A stretch of 64,000 bases of DNA from Lingula anatina. Lineage: Eukaryota; Animalia; Brachiopoda. A program made the position numbers and the translations under genes. Numbering within the stretch: the stretch's first letter is position 1; each line of letters starts with the position of its first letter. Positions 37,751 to 49,490 of the stretch are shown one piece after another. The stretch covers positions 52,244,788 to 52,308,787 of the forward strand of contig CM120640.1 of the NCBI GenBank assembly GCA_051362555.1, in the 5' to 3' direction. The notes under the pieces are model-generated. The model did no database searches. It was given only the letters and a program-made list of their open reading frames with translations, and was not told the DNA's origin.

Positions 37751-39966
37751 TTGAGAGGACTACCTGGAAAAATCCAAATGAAAGCAATATGTATCTAGAC
37801 AAAGAAAACAAACAACATATACCTGCATGCAGTTTATGTGTTGACTTGAACTAGCCACAGTAGTGAGAAATTGACCCCATTCATTAAGCACACTGGTAAC
37901 ATACTGCATGGTACCTTGTCCATCATAATTTCTTAAATGCACTGAAATTCATTTTCCAAAATAACATAACTGCTACCTTAATACACTAAAACATTTAAAC
38001 ATGGAATGCTATTTGAGACATGTTTTTTATTTAATGCTCACAAATTCAAAGTAACTAAAATAATACAGGGGGTAATAAAAAAACATACAATGTTTATAGC
38101 CTAATGGTGTCCATACCTGTCTTGTGCCATCTATACAAAGGATTTCTCCAGTTACACTGAGGATGGATTCCCTGTAGACTGGCATCTTCTCCATTTCACT
38201 CAGCATGTGTGCACGTCGTAACACCCGAGCAGATGGCACTGGAGTAGGGGGGAGTGGTGGAGTGTAGCTACCTGGAGTTTTTAAGAATGAAACTATGCTA
38301 GGCTGGGATGATGCACTGGCACTGTCAGGGGGACTGCTCGAGGTATGGACATATGGACATCATACAACACAGCCTGGTACAAACCCCTTCTTTCAGTATA
38401 CCACTCAGCATGTCCCTGCTGAATGAGACGTTGCACTTTACTCATGGAAATGGAATTTATTCTGTCATTCAGCAGTGTCACGATGCTCCTGTCTACTGCT
38501 CTTTTGCCACACAAAATGGCAGTGAAAATGCTTCGGACAGCTGTTGGCAGATTCATTAAGATCTGTGGACTGCTGGCATTCCACGAATACTGTATGTTTC
38601 TTCCTTCACAACTGACACCATCTTGTCCCTGGCTGACAGTTGGACGAGATTTGAGGCAATGAGGGCAAACAAGGCGTTCTGTCAACATAGTGTAATGGTA
38701 CCTCATTCCACAGACAAGACGTGCGGTGCTGCTGTAGCCATGTTTGATTAAATAATGCCCAGGAGGAGCAGAACACTTCAAATTTGGACATTTAATTTTC
38801 AATCCCATCACACCTACTGGCCGCCAAACAAAGGCTGGGGTTGAAAAAAAGCTAGCTTGTTGGGAATCGAGTCCTTTACTGCAGTTGGTAGTGGTGGAGG
38901 ATGGAAATCCATCTTGGGCTTAAAAGTTTTTCTAATAACCATTATACCTTTGGCAGTACTGTGCTCCTTTCCCATGTAAAAAAGTCCGCACTCATCACTG
39001 TCTCTCAACCACTTGATGTTGGCTGCCATGATGCCCTCCGCCTGATCACTCCAAGACTTCTGCCAGCCTTCTAAAACAACAGAACCTGATGCTTCATCAG
39101 AAGGGACTATTGAAGGTGAAGTGATGTCCTGAGATGCATCAGATTATGTGATATTTCCCCAGGTAGTCAACTGAGAGGAGACAGCCACCTCCAACTTAAC
39201 TAACACATCCTCTGAAAAGTAAAAACATTATCTTAGCTTAATCAGTGACAACACAAAGCCTATGTGATAATGTGGTTAATTTGGTTTTAAAAAATGTTAA
39301 AAGAAAAATTGCATTTTAACAATACACAATTCTTTGTGTGCAGCAGTGGTCTACTATATCTGCAACAGTACATTATTTTACCTACTTGTGTCAACAGTAT
39401 GGAATCCTCGACATATCCAGGGTCTTGTTCCATCTCTCTCTTCAACCTTAGCTCTTTGTCAGCTTCCTTTTTTTCTCTCTTGATTTCTGCAATTATAGGT
39501 TTAAAAGTGTGATAACTATAACCTGTAATTATTTGTATATGAACAATCTAAAATAAAACAACCTGAAATATACATATCACATGGCATGTCATTTATTGTT
39601 AAGATTATGAGTGGGCATATTCAAATTGAATTCACTTATAAAAAAAGAGAAGTCTTACCTGCAACTATCTCTCTAAATGCACATAGACTGCTGGGAATAG
39701 CTTTACCAGTTCCTGTTTTTGCCGCTTTATTTTTTCGTTGTTTTCTCCTTTCAGATAGAACTCTGACATCATCCACACACACATACCAGCCAACATCGTT
39801 CTCCAAAGCCACTTGTAGTTTTGACCACTATACAAAATAAGATGAAAAATAGAGTTAAAAATGTTCAGAAGACTTTACATAAAAAGAAACAAACATTTAA
39901 TAATAATCATTACTTAACATACATAACACAGAATTTATAATATTTAAAAGATCATGTTTTAGTTAA

Positions 39967-40600
39967 AGCAATAATAACTCTTCCCTTGAGATTCAAAATT
40001 CCGCAAGAAATACATTGTAAACAACACATGGAAATATATTTTATTGCATTTTACCACTAAAATGGTCGTAATTGTAGTAAAACTAAAATCTGTGCTTGTC
40101 AATAGGGCTTTCGATGCCTTTCTTCCCGGTTGTCAAGGCATCCGGATTCTCGCGTTCATTCGAGACCAAAATAACATGGCGCCAAACTACTGATGCAATC
40201 TGCAGACGTAAGTTGTGAGTTTTTGTACAGTACGTCGGATAATGAAAAGCCCAGAATTGCACACATCGTAGATATAAATGCATTTTGAGCAATAAGACAA
40301 ATGTATCTTATGAATCTTATATTATTGTTATATAGTGTTGTTGTTGTCTGCTTTTCCCGCTGTTTTAAGTAGGTCACCAGAAAATATCGCTCGATATCTC
40401 GTGATTATGCATTGTCAGAGAGGGTTCCGTCAGTTAAAATCTCTTAAGAGATTTTAACAAAAAACCAAACTTTTAGGGAAAAAACCCTAGACTAACTTTG
40501 AATGCAGGAATGGGGTCGTTGACCATTGGTAAGTAAGGGAAAATTGCCGTTTACTTCAGGAAAATCCAATTTTTGACCAAAACAAAGAGTTATTATGACT
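39967..40600. mobile_element. Non-autonomous TIR element with TTAA TSD (Kolobok-like MITE) nested in an intron of element B
   Basis: TTAA|AGCAATAATAACTCTT ... AAGAGTTATTATGACT|TTAA, with AG..CT termini. The internal sequence resembles 56870-56950 and 59650-59749. Confidence 0.7.
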
Positions 40601-41580
40601 TTAAGCACAATAAATACATAGAAATATCACCTGGATTTCCTTTAGGTGATGAACAACATCAACCACCACTGGTCACCAGCCAATCTTGCTGCAGCCTCTG
40701 CAGTTTCAGGCTCAGACCACATAGGATCCATTGGTTTACTGCACTGCAGTATTGCCTCTCAAATCCTGGCTTGTACATGGGGATGACTGGGTAGAGGTGC
40801 TGCCTAGTGTGTCTTTCCAAATGCCCTTTCTGTGAAAATGTTTTCGGACAATGCAGGCATCTATGTGGCTTCACCCTGGCCTCATCATGGGTCAGCATGT
40901 GCCTGGTCAAGTTAGCCTTAAACGCGAAAGATTTCTGGCACACGTCACACTGGAACACTTTTGTGTCATCCATGCTTATTTACTAGAGAAAAAGGCAACA
41001 AATAGCAATAAATATACGATAACACAAACAGCACTATTAACAAATAGTAGGTATACCCAAATTTTATACATTTTGTACATCTAAGCAATAATGAGTATGA
41101 TATATTAAATTCAGCTAATATAATCTGCACCCCCCCCCCCCCCACCAAGTCAAAATATGTGCGTGAAATGAGGTAACATAATAATTAGTGGAGGAGTAAC
41201 TTCCTTATTTACTGTTTATATATACGTGTATATTTAGTTCAATAATTTCAGAACTACTCAAGAATATGTTAAGCACGGCAAATCTACACTTAAGAGTAAA
41301 GATTCAACAGACTCTGCTATTTTCTTGACCTAAATTTCCTTTGTTATTTGGCCATGGTACACATTAGCTAAATTCAAGGAGTAACTCCTTGCTAAAATTA
41401 ACACTATTTTCATCACAAGCAAGGCAAAGCTTACCTCTGTGATCTCTTTACAAAAATTCCTTTCCAACAGACCAAAAAGCGGGCAGATGGATGAAGCCTG
41501 TGCTAAGTGGATGCAGAAAGAAATTTTGAAGCGGCAATTGCTTCTTCACACTCTTAAACAATTAGAGACTGTTTTAGTGG

Positions 41581-41680
41581 AGCCAATCATTGAGTGCTGT
41601 TGAGGAAACCTCTCCTCAACAGAGCACTGCGATTGGACTTTTGAGCAGAAGGTTTCCTCAACAGGGCTCAATGATTGGCT
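41581..41680. promoter_or_regulatory. Subterminal 31-bp inverted repeat with CCAAT boxes (element B), homologous to that of element A
   Basis: AGCCAATCATTGAGTGCTGTTGAGGAAACCT (41581-41611) versus AGGTTTCCTCAACAGGGCTCAATGATTGGCT (41650-41680), 2 mismatches. Confidence 0.7.
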
Positions 41681-41726
41681 GGTTGAGGGCTTCAATAAGT
41701 ACTTTCCTGCGTGACTGCCTGGCAAT

Positions 41727-42104
41727 ACCTGGCACCGTAGACATGTTTTTGACATTTTATTCATAGCCGATTTCAGTTTCATTCACTTACTACTTTTTTT
41801 CTTTAAGATTTCAATTTTCTGAAAATAGCACTTGCGCCGTTTGTCTTCGTCTACCAGTGCATCGGACTAGGTCAGGACTAGGATAGAAGACTGCTTGGCC
41901 ACCTTTTCCTCTTTAGCATCGCATCAAATACAGATGTGTCGATTCTGTTTCGTTTCTTTTCAGTTTGAAGAAAACAGTGCTGGCGCACCAGCATTCATCG
42001 TCAAAGACCACACCACATTGAAAGCACTGGTTCTCGTCCGATCACCAAAGTCAAGCAAAGTCGGGCCAGGTTAGTACTTGGATAGGTAACCACCTTGTAG
42101 GAAT
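41727..42104 (+). pseudogene. Degenerate terminal 5S unit: 5S 3' remnant, diverged spacer and 5S pseudogene (42000-~42104)
   Basis: GTCAAAGACCACACCACATTGAAAGCACTGG...GTTAGTACTTGGATAGGTAACCACCT-tgta-GGAAT. Many substitutions; similarity stops at about nt 102. Confidence 0.9.
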
Positions 42105-43012
42105 GTCTGAGAGAAATTTTGAAGTGTATTGAAGATCTTGAAATTGTTCTCAATCTATTATACTTGTCAAGTAACTCATCTATTCGCTTTCCCCCAATAT
42201 ATTCTTAATATGCTGTATGTTTGTTATGTTAGGGACTACAATGAACGTTTTTCCAGCTTTTACTTAACATTGAGCAATTATTGCTTTTTCTGAAGACAAC
42301 CTGAAATTTCAATTTTGAAATACAGAATTGGAGGTAAATATCATCCACGCCATTTATCTATAAACAAAAATTAAAGCAGTATTTTAAATCCATTTAACTA
42401 TATTATTTATTTCAATTTCATGTTTCCTGTGTGGACTTACAACTAGAGATATCCCATGGTAACAGTCATGGTTGGCAATGAAAAATTTATGAAGACTGCT
42501 TTACTGAAACAATATTTTGTAAAAAAAAAAAAAAAATACTTCACTAAATAAAATACTCTGGATTACTGCTATTCATGTTATATAAAAAAAAAGCACCATC
42601 TTTTAAAACAGCATTATACAAAAGTGTACAAAAGTGAGCTTGTTGAAAACAATTATGGATATAATATATAAGAGTATTGGACCTGGTCTGAATTACAGAC
42701 AAAGCAATAATATTTTTTAAAATTCCAAACAGGCAAAGAAAAAATATGTATATGTATTTTCTATTGCAGAAATTCACTGATATGTTTGGCACAGCTACTA
42801 AATTTACTGATCTATAGAAAAAAAATTAGAATCTCAATATAAATCTAGTCATCTATAGCAAAAAAATACAATTTCTGGTATCAATACGTTTGGCATAACT
42901 TCAATAGTTGCTCTCTGCCTATTGCAATAGTAAATTTGGCACATCAAAAACCACTTTTGTTTTTCTCATTATCATATTAGAGACCATTCTCAGACCTTAT
43001 CATACTAACTGT

Positions 43013-43205
43013 GGATCGATCTATCTCCAAGGGGATTCTTGCCAAATTGCAATCAACTTAAGCAGCTTAGATGTCTGGCATACCTACTGAAGCTGTTAGG
43101 AGGCTAATTAAATATCATTTGGCAGCTTCAGTAGGCATGCCAGACATCTAAGCCACTTAAGCTGAAAGCAACTAAGCAAGAAACCCCTTGGAGATGGATC
43201 AATCC
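43013..43205. mobile_element. Foldback/palindromic MITE-like element
   Basis: ~80-bp arms: GATCTATCTCCAAGGGG..CTTAGATGTCTGGCATACCTACTGAAGCTG / CAGCTTCAGTAGGCATGCCAGACATCTAAG..CCCCTTGGAGATGGATC. Confidence 0.6.
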
Positions 43206-44499
43206 TGTAACATCGATCTAGGTAAAGGAACCCAGTCGAAGAGAAACAGTAGTGGTTTCAATTCAAATTTAAATAGCAGTAATCATTTAGCTACAACATT
43301 GGGCCAGATTGTATACTGGAACTGGCAGTTCAATAATGACATATGATATTATGCTTGTCAATCAGGGTTTATCTTGAAAGTTTCAATACTTATACAGCCA
43401 CATAAAAGTTGTCATCACTTGTGCACTGCAAACCATTCTTCAATGAAAAGCTATAATCTGTATGCTAGGAAAGCAACAAGGAATGGAATTCCACCATAGT
43501 ACACTTAAAACTGATAGGGCTGAAACAAGATCATCTTTGTTTGTTTTAACTTATTGATTAATATCAAGTTTTCTTTTTAACGGGTTACTCTTTTTCTACT
43601 GGTTTTAACTGCGATTACTTAAAACAATCAGCTCAAATTTAGTTCTCATATTTGGAAGACCAGTTGATCATTTATTCCCAGGAACATTTTGCTTTTTCCC
43701 AGGAAAATTTTGCTTTATTTTTCTCTCATACCAAAGGTGTGCACCAAGTCTATATTTTTTAGGTATATATAATATGCTTTGCAGTGCAGTGCAGTAGAAT
43801 GCAAGATTAGATGCTCTCGAAGTAGCTTGAGGTAAAGGATGAATGTATGAATGATTTCATGCACTGACGTGACACAAACCCAGCGCATGATCTTTGTGCA
43901 GAGGTTCTCTTTGTTAAGGATCACATACTCGAGCTCTTTTGCTACTCCCATGCAATTCCCTGCCTTTTAATCAAACAAAGCCACTTATCAAATTTTAAAG
44001 TAAAACTAAAATGAATCCCCCATTAGTTTATACTTAGTTTCAGTAACTAATTGTGTTAGTATTATCACATTTTATCACATTTGTTTTTCCCTTTCATAGG
44101 ATGTACTAGATACTTCATAAGTGGGCATTTCCTCACAGATGACTACATGGGGAGAAATCCGATGACACGTACCAAGACATTATATTATTTGGCAAAGCCT
44201 CGTCAACCATGCCCTGTTCCTATGTTTTGGATGGTTAGCCATAGTTTTGGAGTTACGATCCATAGGGCATAGTGACAGCCGACATCAAGTGGCTTTAAAA
44301 AAATTATGATTATGATGAATGAAACACATGAAAGAATATTTGGTAGTGAGAAGTGATCTGGATGCTACTGGAGAATTAGTATGTCAGAATCATTCAATTT
44401 TAACTTCAAATGCAAATGCAGAGAGAGATGTCTCATTTGCCTGAAAGTATATTCCACTGCCAGCCAACAAGATGATCAAGAGAATGAAGAGGTTGGGTG

Positions 44500-45825
44500 A
44501 AGGCATTATTTATGGTATTCCAGCAGCCCACAGATTTTGATGAATCTGCCACCAGTTGTCAGAAGCATTTTTCAAGCCACCTTGTTTGGAAAAAGAGCAG
44601 TAGGAAGGAAGGATTGTGACACTGCTGAATGACAGAGTGAATTCAATCTCCATGAACAAGGTGCATTGCCTGATACAGCAAGGACATGATCAGTGGTACA
44701 CTGAGAGAAGGGGCTTGTGCCAGGCTGCACTGTATAAGGTCCATACATCCAGCAGTCACCCTGAAACTGCCAGTGCACCACCTCACCTACTACAGTCCTT
44801 CCAGCGTAGTATCTGGTTCTGTTGTTTTGGAAACCTGGCAGAAGCCATAGAGTGACCAGTCAGAAGGCATAATGGCAACCAACATCAAGTAGCTTAGAGG
44901 CAATGAGTGTAGATTTATAACCCTGGAAAAGAGCACATTAATACCCAAAGTAATACAGTAATAAGAAAAAACTTTCAAACCAAAGATGGGTTTCCATTCT
45001 CCACCACTACGGACTTCAGTCAAGGGCTCAGCTCAGAAAGAGGAGTCCTTGGCAGAAAGACAATGCGAGACCAATAACCCCAATTTTGTTACCGACACCA
45101 AGTTGTTAGAACTGGCTGGTAAGATCACAATGTGACGTTCATGTCAATTAAGAGGGTAGAGAGAGAGAGATGGTAGAGAAAGATGGAACAAGACCCTAAA
45201 TATGTTGAAGATTCCATGCTGTTGACACAAGCAGGTAAAATAATATACTGTTGCAGATATAGTAGACCATTGCCGCACACAAAGAATTATGTATTGTTAA
45301 AATGCAATTTTTCTTTTTACATTTTTTAAAACCAAATTAACCACATTATCACATAGGCTTTGTGTTGTCACTGTTTAAGCTAAGATAATGTTTTTACTTT
45401 TCAGAGGATGTGTTAGTTAAGTCAGAGGTGGCTGTCTCCTCTCAGTTGACTACCTGGGGAAATATCACATAATCTGATACATCTCAGGACATCACTTCAC
45501 CTTCAGTAGTCCCTTCTGATGAAGCATCAGGTTCTGTTGTTTTAGAGGGCTGGCAGAAGTCTTGGAGTGATCAGGTGGAGAGCATCATGGCAGCCAACAT
45601 CAAGTGGTTGAGAGACAGTGATGAGTGCGGACTTTTTTACATGGGAAAGGAGCACAGTACTGCCAAAGGTATAACGGTTATTAGAAAAACTTTTAAGCCC
45701 AAGATGGATTTCCATACTCCACCACTACCAACTGCAGTGAAGGACTCAATTCCCAACATGCTGGCTTTTTTTCAACCTCAGCCTTTGTTTGGCAGCCAGT
45801 AGGTGTGATGGGATTGAAAATTAAA
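44500..45825 (+). pseudogene. Dada family-B transposase relics in inverted (+) orientation, with introns
   Basis: TLLNDRVNSISMNKV..WYTERRG and NIKWLRDSDECGLFYMGK. 45150-45825 closely matches the reverse complement of ~38780-39460. Confidence 0.85.
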
Positions 45826-46100
45826 ATATTATTATGCTTGTATAATAAATTTATTGGGAGGAATAGGAATCTTGAGCTGGCCGCATAATTGTCATAAAGG
45901 GCTAATAAACTAGGCCCTCTTATCCCGCGGGAATAGTCACGTGACTTACCACTGGCCATCGGAAAGGCCATCTGGTAAACAGAACAGACAGAAAGAAGCC
46001 TCCGCCATTGCAACAGAAGCGAACACACAGCGTCGCCTTTAGAACAACTGCGTAGCTTATTGCACACAAACAGAACTGGTAAGTACAATTTACAATTCTA
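45826..46100 (+). repeat. Split direct repeat A1 (copy A2 at 53061-53335)
   Basis: 275-bp near-identical direct repeat, ATATTATTATGCTTG...CAATTTACAATTCTA. Confidence 0.93.
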
Positions 46101-47846
46101 AAGCTCTTGCCAGCGCTGTAAGGTACGAAAGCAGCACTAGATCCGCTACGATATGAGCGAAATTACGATCGTAGCTCAGATTACTGTCACGGAACAAAGG
46201 GTAACAAAAACCCACTACGCCAAAATTTGCTCTCTTCGTGACCCTCATACCTCCTCCGTCTAATCTCCTCCCCCAAAATTTTCCTTCACCTTTCATACGA
46301 GACCTACAACCGAATATACTGCTTACGCTGTGCTCCTTAGCTCACGTGCAAAACAACCACAACAAAAAAAAAAAAAAATTATGCCCGCTAATTGGAACAG
46401 CCTACACTCTCCCATTCCAAGACGATGGCTCAGTTCCCGGATGTAGTGCTCTCTTTAATGCACGGAGGGGTTGTGCCCATTTACCTCAATACCCGTTATA
46501 TTTTAAGCAATTGCCCATACCCCTCTAGGGGCGATACCTAATAATCATTGCTATACCACGCTGCTTTCGTACCTTCCATGCAATGAGATTGCCGTCCATA
46601 CGATGGTTTTTTTTTTTTCGCCTATCGCAGCAAGCGAGGTGCTTGCACTGGCCCATGCATGACTAGCTTAAGGTAATTATTCTGTGCTTTGAGCCTTCAC
46701 GCACCCATGCTGCATTCACAGATGCAGTAAACTCGGCATACCGAACCCCTCGCTTAAAACTTGTAGCTGCCACCATTTTTTCACTGCAGCTCCGTGATAA
46801 ATCGCGTGCCCATTCTATGGTTGTACGCCTTGTTGTCATTAACTTCACCATCTCTCTTTCACTGCTTATAGTGACTGCAGCATGGGAAATGAATGCCACT
46901 CCAGGACCAACGCTAACTCCTTTATTAATGTTAACTAGCTTCCATATATAATTGACGATCTGCTTAAGTTATATTAAGGAGAGCTAACAGTATACCCTTA
47001 TGGCCATATGCTGGCTGTTCTCCCCAGCACTTTGTTGCTTATCTAAGCAGCCTACCACCGGCCCCTAAGCCATGTTCTTGTTTCATAAGCTCCATATTCT
47101 GCATGACTGTCTTGCACAATAAGGGCTGGCAATATATTCGCACGCAGCATCCGCACGCTACTTGGACCTGCTTGCTGGGCAGATCCAGGTTTGAATAATT
47201 GCTTTATCTTTGCACGCACAGTATTTCTATAGCTTACATCCATATGCGAATTCTGATACACATTTGTCATTTTGTACATGGACCTCTGCATGTTGTATTC
47301 GCACGCAAAAAAAAAAAAAAAAAAAAAAAATTGATTTGGGTCCATATTTTGCACGCTACGTGAGGGCAGCCATCCCTCCTATAAATATTTCAATTCAGCC
47401 CACATATACGATACTTGCTACACTCATGAATGACCGCTTCGCACGCAATTGGCCTATTACTTCCTATCGCTGGCTGCTCAATTTCGGGCTTGCCCTATTC
47501 GCACGCTGATTCACCCTGGTTTAACATATATATATATATATATTTATTTTTGCACACTCTGGGCAACATTTTTTGCAATTCTGCACCTACACATGTAGCC
47601 TTAGGTGCATCCCCGCTGATAGGCACCCACACTGGCTTACGCCGTGTTCCATTTTACCCACGCTGGGCTGACACTATGTTATCGTCTTGCTTATTTGTGC
47701 CCTACATATTTCCGATGTGCGCATTTCAGGCATACCTAGTACTTGGACACTAAGACGTTAATGCTGCCTTATTGTAAAGTATATACCCTTTCCTATCCTG
47801 CATGTTTTGCTTAACTGTCACTCTAACACACTCCATTTTTCAGGAC

Positions 47847-48481
47847 ATGTCGCGCCCTCATTTCCTGCTGTTAGGCAGCAGCCTCATTAAACGTATGGCC
47901 AACCTGTAAACATTGACCAAGACACTATAGATAGATGCCCTCCAGACCTGGACCTCCGGGACAAATGTAAAATTACAATGATTGGACTTAGTGGTGGAAC
48001 GCTACGGACAATAAAGGAACTGCCAGTGCTGCGTAGACTTGAGAATTTTGATGGCCTCTTCTGCCAAATGCTAGGCAATGATATCGCTTGGAATACTCCC
48101 AAGGCACAAGTTAAACAGATAGTGTCCGAATATGTGACATTGCTGGAAACCTGGGCTGCCCAACTGCGAGTGGTTTTTGTGGGCCAGTTGATACCCAGAC
48201 GTCACTCCCCCACACCCAGCAGCAGGATCAAGACCCCCGCGCAAGAAGTCCAGTACAGATTGAAAATCAGGTTCGCCAACACATTCTTACAACGGGCTTT
48301 GCAAACTACCAATGTCAAATTTTGGAAAATGAAAGGTACCTATGACGCCGCATCTGCCATGGTGTGCATGGATGGCACACATTTCAACGCTTATGGCCAT
48401 GCCAGGTTTTGGAAAAACCTCAAGTCTGCTGCTAGCAATATGGCTAATAGTAAGTTGCCTAGTATTTTGCTCCCATCCTAA
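47847..48481 (+). CDS. SGNH/GDSL hydrolase-like ORF of the Ngaro element (apparent frameshift near 47905-47910)
   Basis: MSRPHFLLLGSSLIKR (block I-like) at 47847 is out of frame with ORF 47978-48481, which has GLSGG, LGNDI (block III) and DGTHFN (block V DxxH). A splice acceptor TTTTCAG lies just before the ATG. Confidence 0.72.
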
Positions 48482-48569
48482 CTGCATGGTTCTATAGGCT
48501 CATACATAACCGCATGATACTATTCCACACACAAAAAAAAAAAAAGAAAAAGATCAAAACTCATCCCAT

Positions 48570-49490
48570 GTGGTGGGCGGGGCCACTGCCAATAGGCTAA
48601 ACGGCACAGGAATGGGCGTGATAGGGATGCAGCTCCCTCACGCTGGGGTAGCCCAGCAGCCCATTCATGCAGCAGGACTTGGTGGGATAGGGGGGCAGCC
48701 TCCTATAGCTGGTGTAGGCCAGCAACCCACCACAGTCACCGGCTTCGGACCCGGGATGACACAAGCCGGATTAACAGGTAATCAACTTACTCTACTTTCC
48801 ACCCCTCTGGACTCGCACATCCCCCAACCTATCCGGGACAAAATTGCCAGGGAAGAGTATGTGGATTTTCGGCAACTCCTAAACAAAGACCAAAAACAAA
48901 AAATATCGTACAATGGTGAGGTGGACGAAAATGGAAATCTCCAATTTGTGATTGCTACCCCAGCCTCTAAATCCCCAATGACGCTAACAGATTGGCAAGC
49001 AGCTTTTTACGTTTTCCAAACTATCTATATCAGGCTTTTCCCCCATCAAGCCCTCAACCTTCTCAAGTATGGGGACTATATTCTACACCTGAGCAAAATC
49101 CCAGGGATGGACTGGCAGAAATATGATAGGGAATTTCGCCAGAATAGGCTTTATGGGTTGCCATGGGAAATCCCCAACCAAGAACTGATGTTGCGATGTG
49201 CCACCCCTTCAAATACCACTAGCTCCTACCCCACAATTCCGCGGCCGCCCTTTCGTTCAACCAGCTCTTCTTTGGCCCATGCTACCTCCAACCCCCCAAT
49301 ATGCCGAAGGTGGAACAGGGGCGATTTCTGCAACAAATTTCAATGTCGCTACCAACACGTGTGCAGTAAATGCTTTCACCCCACCCACCGCCAAGTCAAC
49401 TGTGGCCGTCACCAACGCACACAGAAAAGGATCCGCTCATTTGGAAATAGGGGTGGCAACGACAACGGGCCTTCTACCCGGCCCTATTAA
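48570..49490 (+). CDS. Gag-like ORF of the DIRS/Ngaro retrotransposon
   Basis: IRDKIAREEYVDFRQLL; W..AF..F..IY; WQKYDREFRQ; C-terminal CRRWNRG..C..C.Y.HVC..C..H zinc knuckle. Confidence 0.88.
   Translation: MVGGATANRLNGTGMGVIGMQLPHAGVAQQPIHAAGLGGIGGQPPIAGVGQQPTTVTGFGPGMTQAGLTGNQLTLLSTPLDSHIPQPIRDKIAREEYVDFRQLLNKDQKQKISYNGEVDENGNLQFVIATPASKSPMTLTDWQAAFYVFQTIYIRLFPHQALNLLKYGDYILHLSKIPGMDWQKYDREFRQNRLYGLPWEIPNQELMLRCATPSNTTSSYPTIPRPPFRSTSSSLAHATSNPPICRRWNRGDFCNKFQCRYQHVCSKCFHPTHRQVNCGRHQRTQKRIRSFGNRGGNDNGPSTRPY

Larger units (their letters stand above)
35420..40973 (-). pseudogene. Dada transposase pseudogene (family B)
   Basis: Homologous exons: MDDTKVFQCDVC C2H2 fingers; ILCIDGTRQ; DPPGIALY..RGSNSLEGLH; YESKWGYTLFGRCL. 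Several frameshifts, and a deletion near 37853 joins FLTTVA to SSSQHINCMQ, removing the second Asp and the DxxH exon. Confidence 0.88.
34505..41720 (-). mobile_element. Second Dada-type 5S-inserted transposon (family B), ~7.2 kb, decayed; TSD GGGAAT (34499-34504) / GGCAAT (41721-41726)
   Basis: Same insertion point and orientation as element A. Subterminal inverted decamer AAGTACTTAT / ATAAGTACTT. Transposase exons are homologous but diverged. Confidence 0.87.

Noticed and set aside
42110-44500. Short ORFs in AT-rich DNA
   Set aside because: No recognisable motifs or consistent exon structure.
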